This document shows, piece by piece, positions 26,350 to 40,600 of a DNA stretch of 64,000 nt. How positions within the stretch are numbered: the stretch's first letter is position 1; every line of letters starts with the position of its first letter. The position numbers were made by a program, and so were the translations under genes. Source of the stretch: Narcine bancroftii (lineage: Eukaryota); assembly GCF_036971445.1 (NCBI RefSeq), contig NC_091478.1, positions 10,540,001 through 10,604,000 of the forward strand, given 5' to 3'. Under the pieces are notes generated by a model. It was not told the DNA's origin, ran no database searches, and saw only the letters and a program-made list of their open reading frames with translations.

Positions 26350-26935
26350 GATTCAGATTTATTGAGTACATATATAACATCGCATAGAACCCTGAGATTC
26401 TTTTTCCCTGCGGGTGAGGCAGAATTACCATTTATGAGTAGTGTTTTTTTTAAAAAAAGCTATATACATTGTACACAAGCAAACAAGGTGCAAATATAAG
26501 AGTCCTTAAACGAGTCCCTGATTGAGTTTGTTGTTGAGGAGTCTGATGGTGGAGGGGTAGCAGCTGTTCCCTAACCTGGTGGTGTGAGTCTTGAGGCACC
26601 GATACCTCTTTCCTGATGGAAAGAATAGAGCATGTGCTGCTCCACGATGATTGCTGCTGCTCTCCTCAGGCAGCATTCCACATTGATGTTCTTGATGGAG
26701 GGGAGGGTTTTGCCTGTGATATCCTGCCTGGGCTGTGTCCTTATGCAGCCAATCAGCACATTTTGCACCACATGTGTAGAAATTTGCTAGTACTCAGGAA
26801 GTAGAGGTGTTGACATGCTTTCTTCGCAATGCTATTAGTGCGTTGGGCCCAGGAAAGGTTCTCTGAGATAGTGACTCTCCAGCTTTGATTCCCCCAATGA
26901 TTCCTGGATCATATACCTCTGGTTTTCCCTTCCTG
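26350..26935 (-). mobile_element. Rex1/Babar-like LINE 3' fragment
   Basis: Degenerate ITG..LPSI..I....CLRRA..I motif on the minus strand. Confidence 0.6.
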
Positions 26936-27448
26936 AAGTCACCTCCTGCCTTGGCGACCACACCTTCGCCCACCCCCTCCACCCCACTCTTTTGTTTGGA
27001 TGCCTGCCGTCACTTTTCTATACCTTGATGAAGGGCTCAAGCCTGAAACGTTGGTTATATGTTTTTATCTTTGCTATGTAGGTTGCTTGACCTGCTGAGT
27101 TTCTCCAGCATTGTTTTTACTTCAACCACATTGTCTAGAGATTTTCATGTTTTACTTCTTTCAGTGATCAGCTCCTTGGTTTTGGTGGCATTGAGTGTGA
27201 CCTTGTTGTTGGTGTACCTTGGTTTTGGTGGCATTGAGATTTTTGTTGTTGGTGTACCTTTTGGTCAAATTTTCATTCTCCCTCCTGTAATGCTGACTTA
27301 TCATATGCACAGAATGTAGGCAAGTTCCTGTTTTGTACTTTGCTAACATAAAGAACACCTAGTTTCTCCAACATTGTGTTTTTACTTCCATCATGGTGTC
27401 TCCAGACTTTTGTATTTTAACATAAATGCACTGGTGATAGTTTAGCCC

Positions 27449-27850
27449 TGTCAAGGTACAAGAAGTACAACCAAACCACAAAGTACAACACACAGAATTT
27501 ATTAGTCACGCCAGTGGGAATGAGTAGTAAATAGGGTGTAGACAAGGTCACCTCCCTAATACTGTTGAACCTCATTCAAAGTACAAGGTGACAGAGTACA
27601 ATATTTAAGACTTTTACTCCATATGATTAGGTAACTATTTCCTTGAGAGTATTGTTACAGGCTGAGGTGTTACAGTCAGTATTTGCTCATTTCTAAACGC
27701 AGGAAATTGGTTATCATCGATTGAATTTGTGCCATACATGATGAAGGTAGTTTAAAAGGTCCTTTAAGACAGTGCAGAACTGTTAGCCTGACTCTTAGCA
27801 CATGTAAATGGTTGCTTCCCCAGCAATCTTCATATTCATTATCTTTAACA
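27449..27850 (-). mobile_element. Probable solo LTR
   Basis: Ends TGTCAAG...CTTTAACA, with tttatt (minus-strand poly(A) signal) near the left end. No matching TSD found. Confidence 0.4.
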
Positions 27851-27852
27851 AG

Positions 27853-28468
27853 AGGCTTCTTCAGGTGGATTCCCCGCTAAGAATGTGCCTGAAGAAGAGA
27901 AAGCGGCCTTTTGATTTGCCGTTCAAGTGGCAGTGCTAAAAGCTTAGCACTGGCCACCTGAAGGGACAACTGAACTGGGGATGCGCATCTGAGCACATTC
28001 CGGCTCCTGTCCCTTGGGCTGTCAAGTTAGGATGGCTGGCTGTCATCTGGGACAGCCAGCGCAGGGACATCCCCCGTGGAATGTCCCCACACGAATTGCT
28101 CTGCTCCCCACCCCCCCAGCAGGGGAGAAGGGGGTCTGGAGCGGCCGGTGGGGGAGAAGGGGGGGCTGGGGCGTCCGGCGGGGAGAAGGAGGCTGGAGTG
28201 GCCGGCGAGTGAGTACACCGCTCGAGTCGGGTACCGGCATTGTTTCGGCCAGCCCCCTTCTCCCCTGCCGGCCGCTCTCGTCCTGCAGTCCCTGCCCCAA
28301 TGTCCTGCACTGGGGGAAGGGGCAGCTGGGAGAGGAGCTGTCAGGCTGCCAGCTGACTGTCATCCCAAATGCAGCCGCTTTTAGGTGGCTGCATTCAGGT
28401 GGCTAGGAGGAGGGATACAAAGTTCACAACACTTTACAAGCGGGGCAATTGGCCACCTGAAAGTGCCC
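27853..28468. mobile_element. Non-autonomous PIF/Harbinger-like MITE, GC-rich
   Basis: Imperfect TIRs AGGCTTCTTCAGGTGG...CCACCTGAAAGTGCCC, internal subterminal CAGGTGG repeats, and a candidate 3-bp TSD (AAG). Confidence 0.65.
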
Positions 28469-28857
28469 AAGGTTAGCTGAATTCTAAATACTGAAACAAA
28501 GCCTCTGTCGACCCATTGGGGTTGTTGGTTGTTCTGCAGGCTTTTGACATTTCCGCATTCTGCTTGACAAGTTTATAGTGCCGTCGGCTGTTTTTGGGCG
28601 GGAAACCGTTTATGAATGGGCTGTGTTTAACATCTCGTTATGTGTAATGGCAGGTAATAATTGTTTAAAGAGGAGCAGGAGATGGCTTTATGGAAGAGGT
28701 GATAATGGGTTGTCTGGAAATGTTGTTAGTTGCAGCTGACCTTGACTCATGCCTATTTCTTAGTACAATCAGACCGCAATTGTTTAAAAGTCTACTTAAT
28801 AGTTATAATAACTGTTTCAAAGTATCCAACATATTAACTCTATTACACTTATACAGC

Positions 28858-29827
28858 TGTTCTGAACCCAAAGGACCCCAAAACCCAGCAGCAATAGACA
28901 TTCACCAAGACGAGTGGTTTTTAAAACAAGTTATTTTTAATCAACTTTAAACATGAAAATAGAATCAAACTTTAACTTAACTCTACTTAACTAACCCAAA
29001 TTAACCCCCTTCTAATTCTAAGCGCATGTGTGTGTAAATTTAAGAAAAGTTCTTTGGTTCACAGTTCATTCTCACTTCTTCCAAGTTCTCTGGATGCAGA
29101 TCATTCTCATACTGTGCACAGAATTTAACGTGTATAAAGTTCACCAGGCTTTGGTGCTTGAAAGGTAAATGTTTACCGCCTAAGAAGGTTCTTGTAGGGT
29201 TTGCAGAGAGAGATTTGTTGTTCCAGGATTTCCACAACTGAGGTACCACGAGTCACCTCAATGTCTCGCTGATGAAACTTGCCCCATCAGGGTTTTCCCG
29301 GTGGTAACTTCTTTCTTTAAGCTACCACAGAGTTCCATTCCTCTTACTCCAAGAGAAACATTCCAGCCATCCACTTTGGAACTTTGTTTCCAACCAGCTC
29401 TTCCTGGCTTGCACTGTTCATCTGCTTTAGTGTCACACACACTAACTGACTGAGAGACCTTCTCCTCTCTCTCTCTTTAACTGAAACTTCCAGCAAAAAC
29501 ATGTGATTCACTCACTTGCAAAACCCCCACCTTCTTCTGCTCAAGCTATTGTTAGATAAAGAGTCGACTTTCCTGTAAGCACCCTGCAGAAAGGTACTTG
29601 TAGCTATCCTGGCACCAGTTCAGAACAATGGTCATTCATTTTATGATGTGTCAGTTCAATTAACACCTACTTGTGAATGTGCATAACTTCTCCAGAAGAT
29701 CTTCAATATTTCAAATATTTGAAGTCTTTCAAATAAGATCTGTTTTAAAATGTATGTAACCTACTCTAAATCTTATCAAAATCCCCCCAAATATTACCAA
29801 ATTCTCCCAAAATATTTATCCATTACA
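28858..29827. mobile_element. Solo LTR (970 bp)
   Basis: TGT...ACA termini flanked by an exact 4-bp TSD CAGC (28854-28857 and 29828-29831). Confidence 0.7.
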
Positions 29828-31179
29828 CAGCACATTTATTTCATGATGTTATCAACCAATGCCACACACTCGCTTTGGAGAAAAGGAATGTCTCTTTTTG
29901 TACTGAATCCTGACCTTACAGGGCATTGTCTGAGCTAAGTAGCAATACAGAGAATCTCTTAATAGTTATACATTGCCACAAAGAAAGAGAATGGAGGATG
30001 TACGTGACTGAACACAAAGTGGCCATATAAACCCAAGCTGCGGACACTAATAATTTATATCCAAATTTATCGGAAACTTCACTGTTGCTAAAAGCATTTG
30101 CCACAAATTTGTATCCTGATTGAAATAGTTGGCTATTATTATTTTCTTGCATTTGATAGTTTTTGTATTAAATTCTTTTTATAAAAATAGAAATGTCAGT
30201 GACCTGGTCATGTTGTGATACCAATTTTACAATGTTTTTGTTGAATCAGAGGTTGCCTTGTCAAGTGATGCCAAAAGTAATTTTAAGGACTAAAAAGAAC
30301 TTTACTCCAGTGGTGCAAAAATAACATTCAAGAAAATGTAAAACACATAAACATGCACATACAGTAACAAATAAAATAAATGCTGAAAAAATTGAAAATA
30401 TTAAGCATATCAGTCAGTATCTGTGGAGAGACAAATGGAGTCAATTTAGATAATTTCAGGCAACGATCCTTCAGAACTGGCATTTTAGAATCAAATAACT
30501 GCTTTGTAATGCTTCAAAGTAATATAAGAATAAAGAATACTATTATTTGTTATGCCAAACATATAGCCTTGGAACTCTAGGATCTTGGATTCTGTAAAAT
30601 TCTCTCTTGCATAGAAATACCTGTCTTGCGATCTGATGTTTATGAAACCTGAGAAAGAATTAATTTATTTTAATTCTTTATTGAAATTGTTCAGTTTATG
30701 CATTCCTCTAATAGAGATTTTGCTGAAATCATTTTGGTATACATATAGAAAAAATGATCAAAATTTGTACTGTAATGTGCAATTTTTTTGCCAGCACATG
30801 ATTGGAAAAATATCACACTTCAAATTGATGAGACACTAATTATAGGATGGCATTGAACCAAGTGATGAATAGCAAGTATAAGTAAAGAGAATGTTGGGAA
30901 TCGGCAACAAATGGGAGAAGATGAAATAGGTATGTGGCTGGCAAGGCACAGAAGAAAAGGATTTGTGTACAAATGAGTGTACAGTATAAAAGATGAAAAC
31001 TTTTATTTATTGCTCAGAATTTGGGGAACACTAGAAAGGCCAACAAAGATGAGAACTCACTCATGGGGTGCCAAATTTATCCCCTGAGGGATATTACTGA
31101 AATATGGGTGTTTTGACTCCAATCACAGCATTTGCAGTCTTGTGTTCACTGGGATATTATAGTATTTAGAAAGGATTAG

Positions 31180-32060
31180 CATTAACCCCTTCCCCCCACC
31201 CCCACCCCAGAACTTGAATTCAAGTAGCCATATGCATAGCGTGGCGACATAACAGGTCAGTGGCCAGGAAGACTGTGCCCTCTTACATCATAAGTGAAGA
31301 AGAAAAGAGAAGATACTGGTGTCAATCATTTAGGGGTGCCTATTTTCCTAATTATGATAGTTTTAATCCACAAGATTAGAAGTTAAATCATAAAAGTTTT
31401 TATGAAGCTAATGAACAGGGTAAACAATAGGGGGAAACTCGATAGAGAATGTAGAATATTCAAGAGACAGTTGTTACACAAAGATGTTCAGAGAGGGAGA
31501 TCAGAATGCACAGGAGATTGGATAAAATAAAACATGTAGGATTAAATAGATATATTGCAGACTGAAAGGCTATTTTACTAAATTTTGGGTTAGAAGGTAC
31601 CAGGGAGGGAATTTGTAGAAGGCTTTGAACCATGGTCAGCAAGTACATTTCCATAAATACACTGGAAGGAGATGGCATATATCCTTTATGGCAAAGATTA
31701 GAGCAGAAATCTTACTGGATTTGCACAATACTTTTGGTGAGATCATGCTTGACAAACCCAATAGTTTTGATCTTGGAGGTGTCTCATTGTGTGTTAACAA
31801 GATTGAATTCTTGGATCTTTTCAGTGTTTTCTTTGAATGGCATTTCCATTGTGATTTCTTTTCATTACAGGTCTTGATAGGGGTTGTGTTCCCTGTGAAG
31901 AGTAGGATCAAGATAAGTTTTTGGAATGTATTCGCTGTGGGGGAGGGGGGGTGTGTTTGGGACAAATACGGACTTTGGGTATGCATAAGTATGTGGACGG
32001 CTTTGTTTATTGGATTTTGCAAAGTCTGTGAAAACTAAAATAAAATATTAAAAGAAAAAG
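31180..32060 (+). mobile_element. Degenerate L1/Tx1 LINE 3' fragment
   Basis: Decayed ORF2 C-terminus and a 3' UTR with AATAAA and an A-rich tail near 32040. Confidence 0.55.
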
Positions 32061-32543
32061 ATTGGAATTCTTGGATACTGGTTGACCTATTGAAGAGAAA
32101 CTGAGGAAGATTCTCTGGCATATAGGTGAATTTGGTGAAGGTTCTGTAAAAGATTATTAGGCTAGAGATTGTAAAAATAGGAGACTTTTTGGATAAGGGT
32201 TTATTCAGCATATTGCAAATCTTTGGAATTCTGTACTTTAGATGGATGTCAATCATGTTGCTGTATATATTTAACAATAAGGAAGGATTTTGAACATTTT
32301 TGGAATTCTGGGATTGGAAAATGGGCAGAATAGCAAGTGAATATCTGTAATTTTAATGAATAATGATGCATACGGGTATTTGAGTTAAAGAAGAAAATCT
32401 GCTGGTGCTAGAGTGTCTAGTGCAGTGCAGGAAAGTGCTGGAGTAACTCAGCAAATCACAGCATCAATAGGAAGTAAAAAGCAATCATTGTTTGGGCCCT
32501 GAAAAACAGGTAAATGCCTGAATAAAAAGGTGGGGTGGGGGTG

Positions 32544-32629
32544 GGAGAGTGTTGACAGGGTGGATGGAGAGTGTTGACAGGGTGGATGGAGAGTGTTGAC
32601 AGGGTGGATGGAGAGTGTTGACAGGGTGG
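32544..32629. repeat. 22-bp tandem repeat (GGAGAGTGTTGACAGGGTGGAT), about 4 copies
   Basis: Directly visible. Confidence 0.9.
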
Positions 32630-32699
32630 GGAAGGTTAAGTGGTGATACAGGTACAGGAGGGAAAGTAGCTGAGAAGTAATAGGAGAAAGGGCAAAGAG

Positions 32700-33135
32700 C
32701 TAAAAGGGTATCTCTGAATGAATGGATGGATTAGGGAGCTGCAGGGAAGGAGACAGTGAGGTAAGAAAAGAGAGAGAGGGCAGGGGAGGGGGTTAACTGA
32801 ATTTGGAGTTGATGATGTCAGGTTGGAGACTGCCAAAATGGAATATACAATGATGTTCCTCCAATTTGTGGGTAGCCTCGATACGGCGGGACAAAAGACC
32901 TTGGCACACATGTCAGTACAGCACTGGGGAGTGGAATTGAAATGGCTGGCCACTCAGAGGTCCTTGTGGTTACAGCAGACAGAGCGAAGGTCCAGTTCTA
33001 GTCTCCCTAATGTAGAAGAGACCGCATCGGTGAACCAGATGCAGTGAATGACCACTACAGATTCACAGATGAGGTGTTTATTCACTTGAAGGACTGTTTG
33101 AGGCTATGAATGGTAGTGAGGGACGAGATGTAGCA
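32700..33135 (-). mobile_element. Penelope-like element fragment (GIY-YIG region)
   Basis: Minus-strand motifs YI.ET...F and ASHFNS..., same family as 46160-46870. Confidence 0.6.
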
Positions 33136-33136
33136 C

Positions 33137-33447
33137 TTATTATAGTGACAGGGGTAGGGGTAACCTCTCTTTCGCTACTCTCTGTCACCTTTCCTCCAGC
33201 TTTCCCTTCCATCAGAGAGTTACTCTTCTTGGGCCTCTACCCTCTTCCCCATCACTTTGTTTCCTACTCTTCTACCCTCCCACTTGTATTCACTTATTAC
33301 TTCTTACCTGTAAACAATGCAACTCTCCCTCCTTCCCCCTTCCCTTCTCCTTTATGCTTCCTCCTCCTTCCCTCCACTTCAGCTGACAGCTTGTTTCACA
33401 CTCCCACATCTCCCCCTAATGTTTCCCCTTAAAATTCTCCCCTTTCA
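33137..33447 (+). repeat. Pyrimidine-rich segment of about 310 bp, direct-repeat copy 1
   Basis: Near-identical to 35286-35590; ORFs 33106 and 35294 give almost the same peptide. Confidence 0.9.
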
Positions 33448-33459
33448 CCTTTAACCCAT

Positions 33460-33653
33460 TGCAGTGAACTGGAATTCACTGGTAGTGTGCTGTGCTGATG
33501 GCTGGCTCCGCCCCCATCTGCTCACATATAACCCTGATTTCCCACCTAAAACCAGACCCCTTCCAAAAACTACTGTGAGACCCTACACATAGTTATAAGC
33601 TAATAAAAGTGCTTGTTCTCCCACCAGTCGTGAGAGCTTTTTTACGCACTACA
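33460..33653 (+). mobile_element. Short solo LTR (about 194 bp)
   Basis: TGCAGTG...CACTACA termini, TATAA near 33526, AATAAA at 33602. Flanks cccat/ccccc give an imperfect TSD. Confidence 0.6.
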
Positions 33654-33669
33654 CCCCCATGTCATCTGG

Positions 33670-34730
33670 TTTGTGTCTCACCTAACCTCAGTTGGAAAAT
33701 CCTGTTTGGATTTACCTTATCTATATCCCTTTAGATTTTTAAAAAATCTCCATCAAATCTCCCTTCATTTTACAGAGTTCCAGATAATAAAGTTCTAATC
33801 TCTTCAACCTTTCTCAATAACTCAACCCTTCAAGTCCTTGTGAATTTTCTCTGCTCTCTTTGAATCTTATTGATATCTTTCCTGTGAGTAAGTAACCAAA
33901 TCTGCACACAGTACTCCATATTTGGCCTCGACAATATCTTGGGCAACTTGCATCCTAATTTCTATACTTAATACTTTAATTTATGAAGGCCAATGTTCCA
34001 AAAGCTCTCTTTATGATTTATCTGTGATGCCACTTTCAGGGAATTATGTATCTGTATTCCCAGATCCCTCTGTTCTACAGCACTCCTCAGTGCCCTACCA
34101 TTTACAGTATATGTCCTACCTTGTGTGTCCTTCCAAAATGCAACACCTCATACTTGTCTGAATTAAATTCCATCTGCCATTTTGCCATCCATTTTTCCAG
34201 CCTTTGAAGGCCTTTCTCACTAACCACAATACCTCCAATCTTTGTGTTATCTGCAATTTTGCTGACACATTTACCACATTGTCATCTTGATAATTGATAT
34301 AGATGGCAAACAACAATGGACTAGCACTGATCCATTAGTCACAGGCCTCCAGTCAGAGAGGCAATTATGACTTCTCCCATAATGCCAATGTTGAATCCAG
34401 TTTACTACCTCACCATAAAGACCTGCCAATTGAACTTTCCTGACTAACCTCCTATGTGGGACTTTGTCAAAGGCCTTACTAAAGTCCATGCAGACAACAT
34501 TCACAGCCTTTCTTTCATCAATCTTTTTGGTTCCCTCCTTGAGAAATTCTATAAGATTGGTTAAACATAACTTACCGTGCACAAAGCCACATCAACTAAC
34601 CCTATTCAGTCCTTGACTATCCAAATACTGTATTTGAAATCCAATCTCTTAGAACACCTTCTTATAACTTACCTCTACTGATATCAGACTCAACGGTCTA
34701 TAATTTCTTGGGTTATTTTCAGAGCCTTTT
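33670..34730 (-). mobile_element. CR1 LINE RT fragment
   Basis: CLTNLIEF...VVCMDFSKAFDKVPH.RL..K is the CR1 RT core. Confidence 0.9.
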
Positions 34731-35116
34731 CAATTCATCTTTGATCTTGTTAAGTGATGAGATAGGTACGTGGCCCACTGCTATATATTTAGGAGTCGCA
34801 AGTTAATTTCTTGCTGGGGTCTAATTTCTGTGACGAGTGCTTGACAAAGTTAAAGAATTTTATTAGTTCTACAGTTTCAGTACAGATTATTTGTATTTGT
34901 CTTTCACTAAAACTAACTTTGTTAATCTGCTCAAATGTGATTAAATTAGATTACACATGAGATACAGGAATAAGGAATATTTCAATGAATTTCAATTCAT
35001 GCAAAGCCCAATTTTTAAACTCATTGTTATGACTTGTGATGTAGACAATTCATTACTTAACTCCTAATTGCATTTTTCCTTTCAGGAAATAAGGAATTTA
35101 TTGAAACACTAACAAC

Positions 35117-35249
35117 ATGGATGAAAAGAGAGCAGTTTCAGTGGATTTTGTCAAGGATTTTCAGGAATATCTCACTCAACAAACCCATCATGTGAACATG
35201 ATATCTGGTTCAGTTGGTGCAGAGAAGGAATCAGAATCCTTACAGACTG
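35117..35249 (+). CDS. IKZF5: IKZF5 (Pegasus) copy B, coding exon 1
   Basis: MDEKRAVSVDFVKDFQEYLTQQTHHVNMISGSVGAEKESESLQT. Kozak-like aacATGG, acceptor ttcag at 35085, donor CTG|gtaag, 133 nt. Confidence 0.95.
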
Positions 35250-35285
35250 GTAAGAGCTCTTGGAACTCTTAGAAATGTGTAAGAT

Positions 35286-35590
35286 TTATTATAGTGACAG
35301 GGGTAGGGGTAACCTCTCTTTCGCTACCCTCTGTCACCTTTCCTCCAGCTTTCCCTTCCATCAGAGAGTTACTCTTCTTGGGCCTCTACCCTCTTCCCCA
35401 TCACTTTGTTTCCTACTCTTCTACCCTCCCACTTGTATTCACTTATTACCTCTTACCTGTAAACAATGCAACTCTCCCTCCTTCCCCCTTCCCTTCATGC
35501 TTCCTCCTCCTTCCTTCCACTTCAGCTGACAGCTTGTTTCACACTCCCACATCTCCCCCTAATGTTTCCCCTTAAAATTCTCCCCTTTCA
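35286..35590 (+). repeat. Pyrimidine-rich segment of about 305 bp, direct-repeat copy 2
   Basis: Near-identical to 33137-33447. Confidence 0.9.
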
Positions 35591-37694
35591 ATGGTATATG
35601 GCTTATGTCAGTCCCAAAAGCTGTTTTTTCTCTTCACATCTGGTTAACCTAATAGCATTTTCTTCGTGATTGATGAGGAGGAATGATGTATTTCATTTAG
35701 AATTTAGCAAGATTTTTGAAAAATGTGCACACACAAAATGCACATGGATGTGAGAAAAGTGGAGAGTTTTGGGCGTTTGTGGTGGAGTAAGTTTTCATAG
35801 GTCGGCACAACATCATGGGCTGAAGTTCCGGTAGTGTGACATAATATTTTATGATGTATGTTAAAACTGGAGACTAAATATAAACTCATGGTTTATAAAG
35901 AAAAATGGGAAGGTAACCAAAATTGTTTCAATAATCAGGTGAAGAATGTGTGCAGGCACACATTAGAGTTTGCAGGTAATACAGAAAAGGGCCATCGACT
36001 TGTTCATGTGGGAAGAAAACTGTAAACAGTAGGAAGAAATTATTTGGTCAGATGGATAATATATAACAGTTGGAATACATTCAGGAAAAGATGAGGTAAT
36101 GAGTTTGGGGAGAAACTGGTGGTTATTGAGCAAAGAAGAAAAACAGGAATATTTAGATGAGGTTCCATAAATTCCTAAAGATGGAGTGGCAGATAAGGTG
36201 GTCAGAAAGGCATAAGGGATACTTGCCTTTATTAACTGAATCATAAAATACATCACCATATAACATGCTAGAACTGCATATGTTGAACCTTCTGATCAGG
36301 CTGTAATTATATGTGAGGTTGGATCGGAGAATTGATGAGGATATTTTGCATTCTTGAAAATTGTAATTCCCAGGAATGATTGCCTAGGTTGGAACTGTTC
36401 TCTTTGGGAGAGGAGGCTGGGGGAAAAATTAATTGGGGTGTAATTGGGGGCCCTAGAATTTAGCAAGATTTTTGAAAAAATGTGTGTATAGGACAGATTT
36501 GTAAACAAAAAAGATGTTTTAGTATCGGGATGCAGATTCAAAGTGTGGAGTTGAGGATTAATTTAATCACGAGAATAGTAAGAGACTGAAACTATTTTCT
36601 TGAAATCATGTTAGAGACAGAAACCCTCAGTACATTTAGAACATAACCTTGATTCAAGTTGAAATTATGGAATCTACAAGACAATGGACCAAGAACTGAT
36701 AACTTTCACCAATGCAGAAATGTAAATGAAAAGTGTATTCTGTGGTGAGTGGCTCTTTCCTAACTTCTCAAAGCCTTCATAATATCAGCCAGTTCCTAGT
36801 TTGTACCTTTATGGTATAATCTTTGTTTGCTTGGATCACAACTCTGCCAATACTACAGAGTTCAATGCAGCCCATTTGATTACTCTTTCCATTATCTTAA
36901 ACATTCCCTGTCTCTGACAATTAATACATTATTTCTGCACTGCTTATCATCAGTAAATATACTTCAATTCAGAAAGACTTCTTCAAACACCCTCCCAAAC
37001 AACCAAATTTTTTTCCAGCTAAAGACACATGGAAATGCCATAAGTTTCGTTTCCTCCAAATCCTGCTTCATTCTCATTTGGAATCACCGCAATTGAGAGC
37101 TACTGCCTCAAAAATTTTAAATTCCCTACCAAAACAACACTGAGTATGAAGATAGTTCACTAACACCTTTGCAATAAACAGTACATTGCCAGTGATGCAC
37201 ACCAGAAATGGTGATGGTCCAGGAGAACATTTTATAGCCATATGTGGATAGGCCTCCATGTGAAGAGGCAAAATTGGACCTTGATGAGAGAAGCTGGTCA
37301 TATAACACTTTGGGAACAGTGATCTATTAGCTTTAAGATCATTATTGAAAAGAATTTTATTTTACACAGTAATTCTGTGATAAGGAAATATAAGTTTACA
37401 CCAAAATGAACAAAGCTAGCATTTTTCTGGGTCAGTGTGTCTTTTTACACAGCTAACCGGGATTCTGCGAGCAAAAGAGGCGGGGACGTGTAACTCAACA
37501 GCGTTAGCATCTAGCGTCATGTATAACTTACTGTATTTAACAGCATGTTAGACCCACTTTTTTTCCCCAAAAAAGTGGCTCAAAAATATTCCCTTGGTCT
37601 TGTCTGTGAGGTTGAAATTAGGGTGATAATGGTGAGTAACTCCAACAGTAACACTCGGTCCTCGCACTGGTCATTGTTGTGTTAAGAAAGGAAT

Positions 37695-40600
37695 GCCGAC
37701 GGGATGGCTTTTTGGAGCAGCTTGTTGATGAGCCCACCAGAAGATTGGCTGTTTTGGATTGGGTGCTGTGTAATGAACCAGAAGTGAATAGGGAGCTTAA
37801 GGGTAAAGAACCCCGAAGAGGCTGTTATTACAATATGATTGAGTTCACTTTGAAATTTGAAAAGGAGAGGCTAAAGACTGATGCATCGGCATTTCACCAG
37901 AGAAAAGGAAACTACAGTTACATGAGAGAGCAACAAGCCAAAGTTGATTGGAAAAACACTCAATGGGGAAAGCAACAGATCAGCAATGGCTGGAGTTTCT
38001 GCGAGAAATGAGGCAAGTGCAGGACAGGTACAGACTGGAAGGAAAGAAATTTATAAATGGAAAAATGAGACAACTGTGACTGACGAGGGAAGTTAAAGCC
38101 AAAGTAAAAGCAAAGGAGAGGGCAGACAAGGAAGCAAAAACTACTGGGAAGACAGAGGACTGGGAAGCTTTTAAAAACTTAAAAAAAATACTTAGAAAAC
38201 ACAACTAAGAAGGAAAAGGTGAATTATGAAAGGACATTAGCAAATAATATCCAACAGGATACTAAAAGCTTTCTTATATAGTGGCAGCGCTGCCACTGGT
38301 GTGGGGGCAGGGGAGCAGAGATGCAGCATTCCTGCAGGCTCCAGCCACCTAGTCAATAGCCGTCAGCTCCGCACAGGCTTTGAACAGCCCGTTGAGGGAG
38401 CGAAGGTGGTTTTAGTTGAAATACCGTGCTGCGGGTCTGTGCCCAAGATGGTGGCACCTATAAATTGACAGTGGCCACAAGGGGCTGCAGACTATGGGGA
38501 AGCGGAAGCAGGGTACCAGAAGACGGGAGAATCATGCACTGTCTGAGAGAGAGAGAGAGAAGCAGAGGTGTCGACTGCGGGGTCAGTGAACATGGCGGCG
38601 GAACAGTGAGGGGGCTTTGTGGCTGAGGGACCAGTGCTTGCAGCGGGCGGCTAGCAACTCGAGGTGAGGAATCTGTGGAAGCTCTGGGCTGCTGGACACT
38701 GCTGTCGAGAGACTCACGCCGGACTGAATCCGCCGGCTGCGGACTGCTGGAGATTGGCTTGAACTGGCTGGAGGAGTCTCAGATGTCAGAACTGGGATGC
38801 GAGGCGGTGCCGAGGATGTTGAAGGGTTCTTGACCATGTCGGAGGTTCGGATCTGGAGTTCGGTTTGCCTATGGTTTGGACTGTACTCTAAGTGGCTGCA
38901 GGGACTGCGGAAGTGCTGGAGGTGAATCTACGGACACTCGATGACTCTGAGGGGGACTCTCTTTTGCTTCTCTTTCTGACTGTAAGTCATACTGTAAAAG
39001 GTGCTTAGGCAATTCTTGCCAGTGGTGAATCTGTCTGCCTTACAGCAGGCAACAAGAAATTTCATGTAATATGAAACTTTTTTTTATTACTATGATAATA
39101 AATGAATTTTGAGTAAAAGAGTAACAAAAGTAGACAGGACTGATAGAAAACGACACTGAAGAAATTGCAATGGGAGACAAGGAGGTGGCAGAAGAACTGA
39201 ATGAATATTTTGGATCAGTCTTTTCACTGAAAGACATTAGTAGCATACCAGACTCTCATGGGTCTCCGAGAAGAGAAGTGAGTGGAGTCAACATCATAAG
39301 AGAGAAGGTACAAGGGAAACTAAATTGTTTTTAAGGGTAGATAAGTTTCCTGGACCACATGGAATGCACCCTTGGGTTCTAAAGGAGACATTGGTAATGA
39401 TCTTTCAGGAATCAGTGGATTCCACATGGTTCCAGTGGACTGGAAGATCATGAATATCACTCCATTGTTTAAGAAGGTGGTGAGGCAGCAGAAAGGAAAT
39501 TATAGACCTTTAGCCTGACATCAGTCGTTAGAAAGCTGTTGGAGTTGATTGTCAAGGATGAGGTTACAGAAGACCTGGAGGTACCTGAAAGATAGGCCTA
39601 AGTCACTATTATTTCCTTAAAGGAAACCATGCCTGACAAACCTATTGCAATTTTTTTTTTAAGAGATCAGAAGTAGCACAGACGGGGGAGAAGCAGTGGA
39701 AAGGTGCCACACAAGGCAGGATATTAGCATGGGTAGAGCATTAGCTGATTGGCAGGAAACAGAGAGTAGGAATAAAAGAATCCTATTTTGGTTGACTACT
39801 GGTTACCAGTTGTATTCCACAGGGGTCAGTGTTGGAGCTGCTTTTTTTGATGTTGTATAGGAATGATTTGAATTATGGAAAAAATGTCTTAATGGCTAAA
39901 TTTGCAGATTATACCAAAATAAGTGGTAGGGTGGATGGTGCTGAGGATACAGAAAAGCTTGAATAGATTAGGAGAATGGGCAAAGAGGTGGGAGATGAAA
40001 TACAATGTTGGAATGTGTATGGTCATGCACTTTGGTAGAAGATATAGATGGGCAGACCATTATTTAGATGGAAAGAAAATTCAAAATTTTACCACAAAGG
40101 GACTTAAGTGGCCTCGTACAAGATACCCCAAAGGTTAACCTCCAAACTGAGTCGGTAGTGAGGAAGGCGAATTAAATTTAGACATTCAGCGCTGTGACAA
40201 GCCATTTTGGCTCATGAGTCCTTGCTGCCCAATTTATATCCAATTAACCTACACCCCCTGTATGTTTTAGAACAATGGGAGAAAACTGGAGCCCCCGGGG
40301 AAAACCCACACAGACCCGGAGAACGTACAAACTCCTTACAGACAGCATGGGATTTGAACCTTGGTCCCAATTGCTGGTGCTCTAAAGGCGTTGCCCTAAC
40401 TACTATGCCAACTGTGCCGCCCCATGTTGAATGTTGGTATACATTTTTAGAGCAATAGCATATAAGAGCAGGGATATAATGTTGAGACTCTATAAACACT
40501 TCTGAGACCTCACTTTGCACCATTTTGGGTGCCTTATCTGAGAAAAGGCATGTAGGCATTGGAGAGGGTTCAGAGAAGATTTACTAGAATTATACTCAAA

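Noticed and set aside
27936-28406. GC-rich ORFs as a third promoter or gene
   Set aside because: They lie inside a TIR-bounded MITE.
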